A DNA stretch of 64,000 nt from Sulfurovum sp. (GTDB taxonomy: Bacteria; Campylobacterota; Campylobacteria; Campylobacterales; Sulfurovaceae): assembly GCA_027071315.1 (NCBI GenBank), contig JALSUP010000064.1, forward strand, positions 8,345 to 72,344. The letters run 5' to 3'. This document shows positions 30,798 through 41,148 of the stretch, piece by piece. Every line of letters starts with the position of its first letter. The first letter of the stretch is position 1. The notes beneath the pieces were generated by a model. The model searched no databases and was not told the origin of the DNA. It was given only the letters and a program-made list of their open reading frames with translations. The position numbers were made by a program, and so were the translations under genes.

Positions 30798-32138
30798 TTA
30801 TTTTATGGTTTCTGCCGGAGGCATTTCCAGCTTTTCCCACTCGAGTTTACCCCACTCTTTAAGATTTTCCTGTAGTGAGTCCAGTGTTTTGTCTTTATGG
30901 CAGGCAAAACAGGCATTGGTCTCTGCAGGCATACCGTACGCTTTTGTCTGTGCCGGGTAGGTAAAGGCGAAACGGTGTGAACGTACCGTCAATGGTGACT
31001 TTCCTGTATGCTTTCCCGTTTTAGGCATGTGACACTCTATACAGGAAGAGCCGTTAGAGTCTGCCTTGTGTTTGGTATGCTGTTCCAGACTGGTCTGGTG
31101 GGGACCGATGATGGAGCCGAATGAGTGACACTTCATACAGGCATCATTGCCCTGAGGTTTTTTAGCCGTATTGGTCAACTTATGCGGGTCGTGACAGTTA
31201 ATACAGGTAATACCATGCTGGTACATACGGTCATGAATATACTCATTTCCCTGTGTTCTGTTCTTTTTGGCCGCGCCGTTCGCCCAAAACTCTTTCGTCT
31301 CCTTGCCCATTGCAAAAGGTGCCGGGAGTTTGTAGTCAATGAGCGCTTTCCCCGGTTCGTATCCGGATGGATAATCTTTGGCTTCCATCCAGAGATCTTT
31401 TGCACTTGCATGCTCTGTCTCCATACGTTTGTCACGGTTTCTCATGTGACACTGCAGACAGACTTCGTTGGTACGCATAGGGTCAACGAGACTTGCTTTA
31501 AAAAGTTTTGACTCAGGGTCTTTGGCATGTGCAGACCCCGGACCGTGACAGCTTTCACAGGCAATGGCAGGCTCCACACGTTTCCCTGTTGACATATAGC
31601 CGGTAAAGTGACAACCGTCACACGTATTTGAAGTAGGGAATTGTGTGTTGTCATGCGGGTATGAGCCTTTATACCAGTATTTGTAGGGTTTGAAGTGCTG
31701 CCATTTTTGTGTCTGTGTGTTCCACTGGTAGTTCCCGAGTCTGAAATCTTCCTTGCCGTTAATGCTCGCAGGTATCATATAGCGCTGTTTGAACTTACTC
31801 CCTATGGTATAGACTGCCTGTGCCAGCGTAAAGTCGGCATCTTCGGGAAGCTTTTTAAAGTCAGCCACAACCACAGAAGGGTCTGCTTTTACATCTTGTA
31901 TCATTTTGGAGTGCATTGAGTGCTTCCAGCTCTTGTAGTTCTCTTCATGACACTTCTGACACTTTTTGGAGCCTACGAAAGTAGCCTCTTTCTGTGCTGC
32001 GGGTTGCAGGTCAAGGTTAAGACCGACACGTGGTTTGGTCAACTGTTTGTAGTATGGGGTGATCTTTGGCAGATTGAACCAGACAGTACCAAGAATAATG
32101 AGCAGCAATGTTAGTAGGATAAGAAATAGTTTTTTCAT
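30798..32138 (-). CDS. membrane-anchored octahaem c-type cytochrome
   Basis: Eight CxxCH motifs: CQKCH, CDGCH, CESCH, CLQCH, CINCH, CMKCH, CIECH, CFACH. N-terminal TM/signal anchor. 4-nt overlap with aroE. Confidence 0.85.
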   Translation of the reverse strand: MKKLFLILLTLLLIILGTVWFNLPKITPYYKQLTKPRVGLNLDLQPAAQKEATFVGSKKCQKCHEENYKSWKHSMHSKMIQDVKADPSVVVADFKKLPEDADFTLAQAVYTIGSKFKQRYMIPASINGKEDFRLGNYQWNTQTQKWQHFKPYKYWYKGSYPHDNTQFPTSNTCDGCHFTGYMSTGKRVEPAIACESCHGPGSAHAKDPESKLFKASLVDPMRTNEVCLQCHMRNRDKRMETEHASAKDLWMEAKDYPSGYEPGKALIDYKLPAPFAMGKETKEFWANGAAKKNRTQGNEYIHDRMYQHGITCINCHDPHKLTNTAKKPQGNDACMKCHSFGSIIGPHQTSLEQHTKHKADSNGSSCIECHMPKTGKHTGKSPLTVRSHRFAFTYPAQTKAYGMPAETNACFACHKDKTLDSLQENLKEWGKLEWEKLEMPPAETIK

Positions 32139-32932
32139 AATATAAATGCCTTTTTCATGTGGTTTTTGATCTCGTCGAAGGTGAATTTTTCACCGGTAAA
32201 ATGTTCAAAGGCAATGATGCCCTGATAAAGCAGCATATCACTTCCGTCTTTGGTAGGTTTGTCGTAAGCCCTGGCCAATTTCAAAAAAGGTGTCTCTTTC
32301 CCGTAAATGACATCGACACAGGCCTGGGCTCCGGGAATGATATGGTCGAGTATTGCCTGCGGTGCAGGGAGGGCATCATCTTCCAGACCCGCAGAGGTCA
32401 TGTTGATGACAAGGTCATAGGTTTTCGGAACAAAGTTTTCAAAAGTATAGGTTTCAAATCCATTCTCTTTGAATTTCTCCAGACGTCCTTCGCTTCTGTT
32501 TAAAAGTGTGACATCATAACCTTCATCACGTAGTATAGTTGATGTGGACTGTGCTGTACCGCCTGCACCCAGAAAGAGCACTTTTTTGACATTTTTAAAC
32601 TCTGAAATGGCTTTTAAAAAACCGGGTGCATCGGTGTTGTACCCATAGAGTTTTCCCTCTTTTTCAACAATAGTATTGACCGCACCGACCTTTTGTGCAA
32701 AAGGGTCGAGTACATCACAGGCTTTGTAGGCATGTGCTTTGTGCGGCACGGTAATGTTAATACCTTTGAGTCCCAGTGCAAAAAATGTCTCTTTGAGTTT
32801 TTCTCCCTCTTCAAGTCTGTAACGGGCATAACAGCCGTCATATTTTAGGGCGCTAAAGGCGAGGTTATGCATAAGGGGAGATTTTGAATGTGACACAGGG
32901 TTGCCGAATATAGCAAAAAGTTGTCCTGTCAT
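32135..32932 (-). CDS. aroE: shikimate dehydrogenase
   Basis: FGNPVSHSKSPLMHN, NITVPHK, GYNTD and GAGGTA (NADP fold). Confidence 0.85.
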   Translation of the reverse strand: MTGQLFAIFGNPVSHSKSPLMHNLAFSALKYDGCYARYRLEEGEKLKETFFALGLKGINITVPHKAHAYKACDVLDPFAQKVGAVNTIVEKEGKLYGYNTDAPGFLKAISEFKNVKKVLFLGAGGTAQSTSTILRDEGYDVTLLNRSEGRLEKFKENGFETYTFENFVPKTYDLVINMTSAGLEDDALPAPQAILDHIIPGAQACVDVIYGKETPFLKLARAYDKPTKDGSDMLLYQGIIAFEHFTGEKFTFDEIKNHMKKAFIL

Positions 32933-33151
32933 GATAGTGGGCTTCCTGAGGTAGATTTTTATTATTATACCAATATAAGCTTTTATAAAGATACGCTGCA
33001 GGTACAGCTTATACGTGCAAATATGAAAAAGTGCTCAACCAGCATAGAAGCGTATACCAATAAGATTTTCAAATTGATAACATTTATAATATTATTTATA
33101 ATTTTATAAATAAGTAATCTTAAATTTAATTATAAATTAATCAGCAGTAGT

Positions 33152-33157
33152 TATAAT
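33152..33157 (+). promoter_or_regulatory. candidate -10 box (TATAAT) for the large lipoprotein gene
   Basis: Perfect TATAAT in a 263-bp AT-rich intergenic region, 39 nt upstream of the ATG at 33196 (RBS AAAGGAAA). Confidence 0.3.
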
Positions 33158-33195
33158 ATGTTCGTTTAAAAAACAATATAAGACAAAGGAAAAAA

Positions 33196-35436
33196 ATGAA
33201 AGTTGGATTAATCAAACTTTTAATGTTGGCAAGCTTGCTGATATTGACAGGATGTTCTTCTTTAGATGGAACAGTAAGCGACACTTCGGGGAGTGCAATA
33301 GCAGATGCTCAGGTAGTAGCAGTATATAACGGAGGTAGTAAATCTACCAAAACAGATGCAAACGGACAATATGCCCTTTCTAATTTAGGAAATGGCGGAG
33401 ATGTGACTGTAACAGTGACAAAAGAGGGCTATGAATCAACTACAAAATCAAGTACATTAACAGGATCTGCACTTACACTGAATTTTATTTTGAATTCAGA
33501 TGAGCCTGAGATACTTTACGGAAACGTTTCGGGTACCATCAAAGATGTGACGGGAACAGCGCTTGAGGGTGTGCGTGTCTATCATGGAGCTACAGAGACA
33601 AGTACCGACGACAAAGGTCACTACACGCTGGAGCTAGAAGTAGGGGAGAAGGTCAGTATTACTGCTGAACTGGAAAACTATGCACTGAACAGTCATAATG
33701 TTGCCATTGTTGAAGCGGAAGCTGCAACACTTGATCTGACGCTGGCACATATTGATACAACAGTTACTTTTGATGTGCTGGAAGGTGCAAACATCTCTAC
33801 AAAAGGTGCTTCTGTAGAATTAGGTGCTTCTACTATTGTAAACATGGATGGTTCTGTTTATGAGGGGCAAGTGACTGCAAAAGTATCTTTTAATCAGGTT
33901 ACTTCATTGGCTGGTCGTAATGTATTCCCGGGAGATTATGTAGGGGTTCAGGAGAATGGTGAAGAGACGAATCTTCAATCATATGGTTTCATTGATGTCA
34001 CATTGGAAGATGCAAGTGCTAACCCTCTCCGTCTGGCAGATGCAGCGACAGCAAAGTTAACATATCCAAAAGACACTAACATTGAAACAACACCTGAAAG
34101 TATCCCACTTTGGTATTATGATGTTAAGCAGGGTGCATGGATCGAAGATGGTGTTGCCACGTATGATGCCGCGACAGAGAGTTATTCTGGAACGGTGACA
34201 CACTTTACAACGTGGAATTTAGATGCTAAATTTGACGGTGCAGCACTGAATGGCTGTATTGAAGATGCAAATGGTGCAAGAATCACAGATGCCATGCTTT
34301 ACATTTCAATGGCTGGAAACTATAAGACAAAGCATAACATCGATGCTGACGGAAAATTCAGACTTATTAATGCACCATCAGGTGTCAATTTTGCTTTACG
34401 TGCAAGTGCGGGAACACTCTCATCGGAAGAATTACTTGTGACACTCGCTGCAGGTGAAGACAGAACATTGGCAGATTGTCTTGTGGTAGATCAGGCAGCA
34501 CCGGCAGAACATAGCATTATAGGTAGATTGCTTACTGCAGACGGTACGCCTATTGCCAATCAGTATATTAATATTCGTTCTAACGGTCTTTATTTAGGTT
34601 ATGTCAGAACAGATGCAGCAGGGAATTTTTATAATGGTGATTTCATTAGACCGGAAAACAATACCATTGAGCTTTCTGACAATCTATATATTGATGGAAG
34701 TTATGTTGACTATAAACAGTCATTTGCATTAAACACACTTAGTGATGTAACGAACCTTGGTACGATTGAAGTAAAAACATCTAAAATAATGTCTTGTGTA
34801 CAAAGACCCGATGGTACAAGAGATAATCTTTCCGGTTATGTAAGAATAGATACACCGTATAACTCTGTAGGATCTTGGATCTCTATTGATGAGAATGGTG
34901 CTTTCTCCCATACCTTAATTGAAGATAATAAAGCACATATCTTTTATGCATTTTCAGATGATAATACTTTAACAAAATCATTTACGGTCACAGCAGATAA
35001 AGCGCTTATCGATATGACAAGTAATTGTATTGTTCTGGATCCTGAAATGATTATTGACAAAAATGTACCCGTTTCTATTACAGGAACAGATCCTTCAATC
35101 TTCATTAGTGTGACATATGATACGTATTTTGATGAAGAATACATTGATCCTTACGGTGAAAATGTATTGATTGAAGAAGACCCGGTAAGAGCTGGAAATT
35201 TTAAAATGACACATAATGGTATTTATAATGTGATGCAGACGGCTGATGATTATGCGTTGTTTGATGGTACTATTTCTGTTACTATTGATGGTACGGTTTA
35301 CACGGTCACTATTCCTTCAAGTGATGAAACATATGAAGCATGGTCGGGTTATGCTATTGAGCTCTACCAGGGAAATATAAGAGTCATTGAAACCAACAAA
35401 GAAGTCTGGTATGGTGAATGTGGTCGCGGGTGTTAA
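33196..35436 (+). CDS. large secreted lipoprotein with N-terminal carboxypeptidase-regulatory-like (Ig/prealbumin-fold) repeats; function unknown
   Basis: Lipobox LILTGCSS. Two repeats of the type G(T)(V/I)xDxxGxA(I/L)xxAxVxx....TxTDxxGxYxL. The remaining ~550 aa are beta-rich with no motif I recognise. Confidence 0.65.
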   Translation: MKVGLIKLLMLASLLILTGCSSLDGTVSDTSGSAIADAQVVAVYNGGSKSTKTDANGQYALSNLGNGGDVTVTVTKEGYESTTKSSTLTGSALTLNFILNSDEPEILYGNVSGTIKDVTGTALEGVRVYHGATETSTDDKGHYTLELEVGEKVSITAELENYALNSHNVAIVEAEAATLDLTLAHIDTTVTFDVLEGANISTKGASVELGASTIVNMDGSVYEGQVTAKVSFNQVTSLAGRNVFPGDYVGVQENGEETNLQSYGFIDVTLEDASANPLRLADAATAKLTYPKDTNIETTPESIPLWYYDVKQGAWIEDGVATYDAATESYSGTVTHFTTWNLDAKFDGAALNGCIEDANGARITDAMLYISMAGNYKTKHNIDADGKFRLINAPSGVNFALRASAGTLSSEELLVTLAAGEDRTLADCLVVDQAAPAEHSIIGRLLTADGTPIANQYINIRSNGLYLGYVRTDAAGNFYNGDFIRPENNTIELSDNLYIDGSYVDYKQSFALNTLSDVTNLGTIEVKTSKIMSCVQRPDGTRDNLSGYVRIDTPYNSVGSWISIDENGAFSHTLIEDNKAHIFYAFSDDNTLTKSFTVTADKALIDMTSNCIVLDPEMIIDKNVPVSITGTDPSIFISVTYDTYFDEEYIDPYGENVLIEEDPVRAGNFKMTHNGIYNVMQTADDYALFDGTISVTIDGTVYTVTIPSSDETYEAWSGYAIELYQGNIRVIETNKEVWYGECGRGC

Positions 35437-35471
35437 GACTTAACACGCTTTCGGCTTAGCAGCCATATTCT

Positions 35472-35506
35472 TTACAAGCTCTTTTCTAAATGAAAGGGGC
35501 TTGTAA
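35472..35506. terminator. stem-loop between convergent lipoprotein and trpE genes
   Basis: TTACAAGC(tcttt)...(aaagg)GCTTGTAA followed by AAA/TTT-rich flanks. Usable from either strand. Confidence 0.45.
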
Positions 35507-35624
35507 AATGCCTCTATTATTTTTTACAGGACTGTGAAAATGAGTGTTGTAAAAAATAATAGGTGAGTAGAGGTAAAATGTGTGTGCAGGATCTTGTCAG
35601 TATTGCCTTGGAGATGGAGAAGTT

Positions 35625-37031
35625 TTATAACTTCTCCATCTCCTTCAATGTTGCCAGCAGTGCACCCAGTTTGTTCTTCACTTCAAGGTACTCCAGTTCC
35701 GGAATAGAGTCGGCGACCACACCGGCACCTGCCTGTAGTGTAATGGAGTCAGGCTTTATGAGAGAGGTTCGTATGGTGATGGCGGAGTCCATATTGCCGT
35801 CAAAGGCAAAGTAGCCTACCGCACCTGAGTAGAATCCGCGTTTCAAGCCTTCATATTCGGCAATGAGTTTCATGGCTTCGATCTTTGGTGCACCGGTCAT
35901 GGTGCCTGCGGTGAATGTGGCGGCAAAGAGGTCGAACATATCTTTACCCTCTGCGATCATCGCTTCGACGTCGGAGACCATGTGCATGACGTGAGAGTAC
36001 TTCTCTACACGCATCATGTCGGTCACTTTGACCGTCCCGGTCTCTGCCACACGTCCTACATCGTTACGCCCGAGATCTATGAGCATAAGGTGTTCTGCAC
36101 ACTCTTTGGGGTCGTTGAGCATCTCCTCTTCCAACTCTTTGTCACGCTTGGCATCTTTACCGCGTTTACGCGTCCCTGCAATAGGGCGGAGCAGTATTTC
36201 ACCTTCACTGAGACGTACCATGACTTCAGGGCTTGAACCGCAGATGGAGAAATCTTCATAGTCAAGTAAAAAGAGGTAGGGGGAAGGGTTCTTTGAACGC
36301 AGAACCCTATAGAAAGAGAGAGGGTCTATCTTCCCTTTTTGTGTGTAACGGTTAGCAAGAAGAATTTGGAAAATATCACCGGAGCGTATATTTTCTTTCG
36401 ACTCCAGTACCAGTGCTTTAAAACGTTCTTCCTCTATAGAAAACGAACCTTCACCTTCAAGTACCACAGGTTTTATAGGCATAGGGGTACAGGTACTGTG
36501 CAGAATGTTTTCGATGGATTCCAAGCCTTTTTCCATGCGCTCATCATTGAGTATCATAGTGAGTTTGGCACTCTTGTGTGAGTAGGCAATGATGATCTTC
36601 GGACGGATGAGGTCAAGGTCCGGTGTCTCAAGAGGGTCAAGGAGCGCATCCATACTCTCTTCAAGTACCGGTTCGAAGACCTTCACCATATCATAGGCAA
36701 TGAAACCGATGAAACCGTCCGTGAAGGAGAACCCGACTTCTGCCGCTTTTGCTTTATGGGCCTCTTTGTCTATGTTGGCATAATAGTCTTTTAAAAATGA
36801 AAACGGACTCTCTTCAAGTACCGCTGTACGGCCTTCTTTATTGGTATAAGCACTTATTTTGCCTTTATAGCTCAAACGCTCCTGTGCACCTATGACAATG
36901 AAAGAGAAGTTCCCGTCGGCCGTGTTGACCATACTTTCAAAAAGCATCGTAATTTCATTTGGGAAGATCTCTTTGATCTTGCCATAAAGGGCTACAGGGG
37001 TCAATTGGTCAAAAAGAATGGTCTTATGCAT
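35625..37031 (-). CDS. trpE: anthranilate synthase component I
   Basis: 468 aa. LLANRY, SPYLFLLD, RPIAGTRKRG (Ala rather than the PabB Lys), GAVGYFAFDGNMDSAITIRT. Confidence 0.8.
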   Translation of the reverse strand: MHKTILFDQLTPVALYGKIKEIFPNEITMLFESMVNTADGNFSFIVIGAQERLSYKGKISAYTNKEGRTAVLEESPFSFLKDYYANIDKEAHKAKAAEVGFSFTDGFIGFIAYDMVKVFEPVLEESMDALLDPLETPDLDLIRPKIIIAYSHKSAKLTMILNDERMEKGLESIENILHSTCTPMPIKPVVLEGEGSFSIEEERFKALVLESKENIRSGDIFQILLANRYTQKGKIDPLSFYRVLRSKNPSPYLFLLDYEDFSICGSSPEVMVRLSEGEILLRPIAGTRKRGKDAKRDKELEEEMLNDPKECAEHLMLIDLGRNDVGRVAETGTVKVTDMMRVEKYSHVMHMVSDVEAMIAEGKDMFDLFAATFTAGTMTGAPKIEAMKLIAEYEGLKRGFYSGAVGYFAFDGNMDSAITIRTSLIKPDSITLQAGAGVVADSIPELEYLEVKNKLGALLATLKEMEKL

Positions 37032-37039
37032 GGTTCATC

Positions 37040-37846
37040 CTAGTATTGTTTGACAAAAGCACTTTTGTTAATAAGGTCTTTTACCCGTACAAGTGCATTG
37101 TTTGCAGATTCTCTGTTCGTATATGGTCCGATAAGCAGTTTTTTAATGCTGCTTCCTGAAGTTAGTTTATAACTAAATCCACCGTTCTTGATACTGCGTA
37201 ACAATTGCTGGCTCGGTGCATTTTTATAGGCACCAACCTGAATATAGTAACTTCCACTTGCGACAGGTGCCGGTTTTTTAGCTGGCTTGCTTGCGACTGC
37301 AGGTACAGCAGGTGTGACTTTTTCGGCAACGGGTATGACAGGTGCTTTGTTTTGTGTCTGTTCAAACTCTTTGGTGATCTCAACTTTTTTATTTTCTTTC
37401 ACCGGTGCTGCTTCAACGACTTTTGTTTCCGGTATTTCAGGTGTTTTCACTTTTGGAAGAGGTATCTCTTCTACGATCTCTTTTGCAACAACCTTCTTCT
37501 CTTCAAGCACTTTTACTTCCGGCTTATCAATAGTGACCGCTGTTTTCTTTGCATTCACAGGTTTATTGAGCTCTTCTTCAATAATGTCATTGAGTTTTGG
37601 TTCCGCCTGGGGCTTTTTGACTTTTCCTATGTTGGCAAGTGTCAGTTCCGGGCTTACCATTTCTGTTTCATTATCCTGTGCGGCAGGGTCATTTGACTTG
37701 GGGTCATCAAGGACAACAGAGGTCAGTATGATCGCTACGATCAGGACAACAATAAGAAGTGCGATGATGGTCAGTGCACTTTTGGCTTTACTGCTCTTTG
37801 GTTCAATATTATCGATGATCAGATCATCTAGGTTATGGTCGTTCAT
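37040..37846 (-). CDS. SPOR-domain membrane protein (DedD/FtsN-like) with Lys/Pro/Val/Glu-rich linker
   Basis: One TM helix (LTIIALLIVVLIVAIIL), a low-complexity linker, and C-terminal SPOR (YYIQVGAYKN...LLIGPYTNRESANNAL). Confidence 0.7.
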   Translation of the reverse strand: MNDHNLDDLIIDNIEPKSSKAKSALTIIALLIVVLIVAIILTSVVLDDPKSNDPAAQDNETEMVSPELTLANIGKVKKPQAEPKLNDIIEEELNKPVNAKKTAVTIDKPEVKVLEEKKVVAKEIVEEIPLPKVKTPEIPETKVVEAAPVKENKKVEITKEFEQTQNKAPVIPVAEKVTPAVPAVASKPAKKPAPVASGSYYIQVGAYKNAPSQQLLRSIKNGGFSYKLTSGSSIKKLLIGPYTNRESANNALVRVKDLINKSAFVKQY

Positions 37847-37934
37847 GAGGGGAAAGCTCCGGAAATAATTTTGAATTAATTATATCATATTAATCTATAT
37901 TAATCTTTAGATATAGGATATTGTCTCTTATGGA

Positions 37935-40900
37935 TTATTGACTCAAACCTAACTTTTTCTGATTGAGAATGGTATAGAGTACCGGGAGGTAGAGTAGGTT
38001 CAGTATGGTTCCCCATGCCAGTCCAAAGCCCAAAGAGACTGCCATCGGTTGAAATATGGCGGCTTGTCCCGTAGGAAAAAAGACCAGTGAACTCAAACCG
38101 ATCAAAGTGGTGATGGAAGTCAGAATGATAGGTCTGAAGCGTTTGGATGCATAATAAAAGATCTCATCCATATTGTTTGCTTTCTTCAAATTCATGATCA
38201 TAATAATACCGTCATTGATCACAACACCGGACAGTCCAAGCATTCCAATGATGGAAGGCATAGAAAGGTTCAGTCCCAGTAAAAAGTGTCCAATGAGTAC
38301 ACCGAGGAATGCAAAAGGGATGACAGACATCATCATAAATGTTTCCCTAAATGAGTTGAAAAGGTAGAGTAGGGAGAGCATAATGAGCAGCATGGCAACG
38401 GCAGAGGCCAGCATCATATCACTTTTTAACTCTTTTTTCTTTTCCTGCTCCCCTTTGAGTATGATCTTAATGCCCTCTGCTTTTGCCGAAGCAAGTATGG
38501 GGTCAATTTTTTCCAGGGCTTCTGTCGCGGTGATCTTTGCCGAGTTCACGTTTGCGTAAATGTAAAAATTGGTTTCCCCATTGTCTTTGATGATCTTTTC
38601 AAAAGAGCGTATGGTATGGAAGTCAACGATCTCTTTGAGTGCGACAAAAGAGCCGTTGTCGAGTTTCACCTGAAAATGTTTGAGGGCAGCAAGGGAATCT
38701 TTTTGCGTACTTCGTATTTTTAGTTCTAAAAGATCATTGTCGTCAAAAGCAAGTGACATACGCCGTTCCAAAAAGGCATTGGAAAGCAGAAGTCCCAGTT
38801 TCTGTTCATTGAGTCCCAGAGATTCCCCGTAAGCGTTGACCTGCAGTTTAATTTCATCACGTCCGAAATGCATGGCATCATTGACAGAGACAATGCCATC
38901 CATACCCTGTAAGGCTTTTTTAATCTCATGGGCATACTTCATGACAAGTTGGTTATTATTGGAGACAAGCCCGATCTTAAGGTCAGACTTGATGGGTCCT
39001 ACTTTCTTCTCTACAATTGCCAGGTCGGTCAAATGAAATTTCTCTTTGAAGCCTTTCTCTTTAAGAAAATGTCGTAACCTCTCTGCAATGATGACCGATT
39101 TCTCTTCTCTGGTTCTTCCTTCAGAGTCATAATAGAACGAGAGGGTAGGGGTAATGTATTTGTCTACAAAGTTCTGTGCTTTGAGCTTTTGAAGTTCAAT
39201 GTGTATCTGTCCGACATAAGGGTAGGTTTCAGAATTACCGGAAGCATCCCGTCTCCACCCTGCCACTGAACCCACATGCTCAATATAGAAAGAGTCTCTT
39301 TTCTTATACAGCGCTTTCTCTATGGCTGTCAGATAGTGAAGTGTCTCTTCTGTGGTCGTATTGACATTGGCTTTCAGAGCAATGGTAATGGTGGAAGCAT
39401 CAAAACGGGGGAACATTTGAAATTTACTCATTTTGACACCCAAAACAATGAAGAGGGGTACGAGTATGACAAAAAGCAGTAAAAATGTTTTTCGGTAACG
39501 CATAAAGTAGTGAATGATCTTGCTGTAGATACGGTTTGCCGGTTCCCAGGAAGTGGTTTTCTGATCATTTTTAAGCAGATGTGCCGCATGGATAGGCAAA
39601 AAGATAAAAGACTCGATCAGTGAAGCCAGTACCAGTACAGAGACAGCAATAGGAATGAGTTTGATCACCTCTCCCATGGTCCCCGACATCATCAGGGCAG
39701 GGATGAAAGCAAATAATGTGGTCAGAGAAGCGATGGTCACGGGTTTGAACATCTCTGTGGCTCCCTGTACCGCTGCCTCTTTAGGTACCATTCCCTCTTC
39801 AATATGCTGTTGAATATTTTCCGAGACCACAATGGCATCATCGACAATAATTCCCAAAGCAATGAGCACTCCAATGAGAGAGATCATGTTAATGGTATAT
39901 CCGGCAAAGTAGAGGTAGGTAGCCCCCATCACAAAAGAGGTCGGGATCCCCATAGTGATGATGAAGGACATCCGTTTGTTAATGAGGAGCATGACTAAAA
40001 GTGCAATAAGAATGAGACCCAGGAGAATATTGGATATGACAATATTTAAACGGTCTTTAATGGCAGCAGAACGGTCATCGTGAATAATATAACTGATATT
40101 GCTCTTTTTTTCATTGGCTTCATGAACCAGGCGTTTAATCTCTTTGGAAAGGGTGAGTGCATTTCCTTTATTGCTCTGTTTAATGTTGAGGTCAAGTGCA
40201 TGCTTAGTGTCAATGGAGTAGAGTGTGGCGGTGTCCTCGTAGCGCTTTTGAACCGTTGCAACATCTTTGAGAAAAAAGGTTTTTTCGTTGACCTTTAGCT
40301 GGCTCTCCAGCATCTTTTGGGCATCTTTTGGACCATTATGTGTAGAGATAAAGAAAAAGCCTTTGGCATTGTCTTCTATGGTTCCGATGGGATAAATGTA
40401 AGAGAGTCCCGAGAGTGCCGCCACCACGGCATTCTCATCGAGTCCCAAAGCACGCAGTTTTTCCGAGTCCAGACGGATGTCGTAATACTTGTCCGAATCT
40501 CCGTAAATGAGTACTTCTGAAATGTTTTTAAGTGACGTAATTTTGTCTTTGAGTGCATTGGCAGCGTCAATGAGCTCTTCCTGTGAAGCTTTGTCGGAAG
40601 AGACAGCCACACGCATAAGGTTTCGTTTGACTTCGAGGACTTTGACTGCAGGTTCATCCATGTCATTGGGCAGGTTCTGCCGTGAGAGGGTCACGGCATC
40701 TTTGACTTTTTGTGCCGTGTTGTATTTGTCAACCCTCTTTTCAAGTTCCAGAATAATGTTGAATTTCCCTGCGGAGACAATGGTCGCCATTTTGTCAATG
40801 CCGTCAATATTCTTGATCTCATTTTCTATCTCTTTGACGGCCATTTTGTCAAGCATGTCAATAGAAGCACCGGCATAGTGCCCTGAGACTGAGACCATAT

Positions 40901-41033
40901 CAAGTTCAAAAGAGGGGAAGATCTCCTTGGGTGTTTTGGTGTAAAAGACCACACCAGCAATAAAAACAAAGGCAAAAAGAAAATAATTCAGTCTGGTGTT
41001 ATTGACAAAAAAACGTATTATCTTTTCAAACAT
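37935..41033 (-). CDS. RND-superfamily transporter permease (orphan; no adjacent adaptor or outer-membrane factor)
   Basis: 1032 aa with 12-TM AcrB-like architecture. GVLIALGIIVDDAIVVSENI and GLSGVVINDGIIMIMN. Confidence 0.85.
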   Translation of the reverse strand: MFEKIIRFFVNNTRLNYFLFAFVFIAGVVFYTKTPKEIFPSFELDMVSVSGHYAGASIDMLDKMAVKEIENEIKNIDGIDKMATIVSAGKFNIILELEKRVDKYNTAQKVKDAVTLSRQNLPNDMDEPAVKVLEVKRNLMRVAVSSDKASQEELIDAANALKDKITSLKNISEVLIYGDSDKYYDIRLDSEKLRALGLDENAVVAALSGLSYIYPIGTIEDNAKGFFFISTHNGPKDAQKMLESQLKVNEKTFFLKDVATVQKRYEDTATLYSIDTKHALDLNIKQSNKGNALTLSKEIKRLVHEANEKKSNISYIIHDDRSAAIKDRLNIVISNILLGLILIALLVMLLINKRMSFIITMGIPTSFVMGATYLYFAGYTINMISLIGVLIALGIIVDDAIVVSENIQQHIEEGMVPKEAAVQGATEMFKPVTIASLTTLFAFIPALMMSGTMGEVIKLIPIAVSVLVLASLIESFIFLPIHAAHLLKNDQKTTSWEPANRIYSKIIHYFMRYRKTFLLLFVILVPLFIVLGVKMSKFQMFPRFDASTITIALKANVNTTTEETLHYLTAIEKALYKKRDSFYIEHVGSVAGWRRDASGNSETYPYVGQIHIELQKLKAQNFVDKYITPTLSFYYDSEGRTREEKSVIIAERLRHFLKEKGFKEKFHLTDLAIVEKKVGPIKSDLKIGLVSNNNQLVMKYAHEIKKALQGMDGIVSVNDAMHFGRDEIKLQVNAYGESLGLNEQKLGLLLSNAFLERRMSLAFDDNDLLELKIRSTQKDSLAALKHFQVKLDNGSFVALKEIVDFHTIRSFEKIIKDNGETNFYIYANVNSAKITATEALEKIDPILASAKAEGIKIILKGEQEKKKELKSDMMLASAVAMLLIMLSLLYLFNSFRETFMMMSVIPFAFLGVLIGHFLLGLNLSMPSIIGMLGLSGVVINDGIIMIMNLKKANNMDEIFYYASKRFRPIILTSITTLIGLSSLVFFPTGQAAIFQPMAVSLGFGLAWGTILNLLYLPVLYTILNQKKLGLSQ

Positions 41034-41148
41034 TTCTATCCATTGCTCTTTTTTGGATTTATTGTATCGTAACTAGCATAATGTGTATGATGATTTTTCA
41101 AAAAACAGATCTTTTATGTTAAGATATAAAAACAGTAAAGGAATGTGC

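Noticed and set aside
37205-37868. ORFs of 163 and 193 aa antisense to the SPOR-domain gene.
   Set aside because: They are Phe/Cys/Ser-rich low-complexity translations of the reverse strand of a Lys/Glu/Pro/Val-rich linker. This is an artefact of biased composition.
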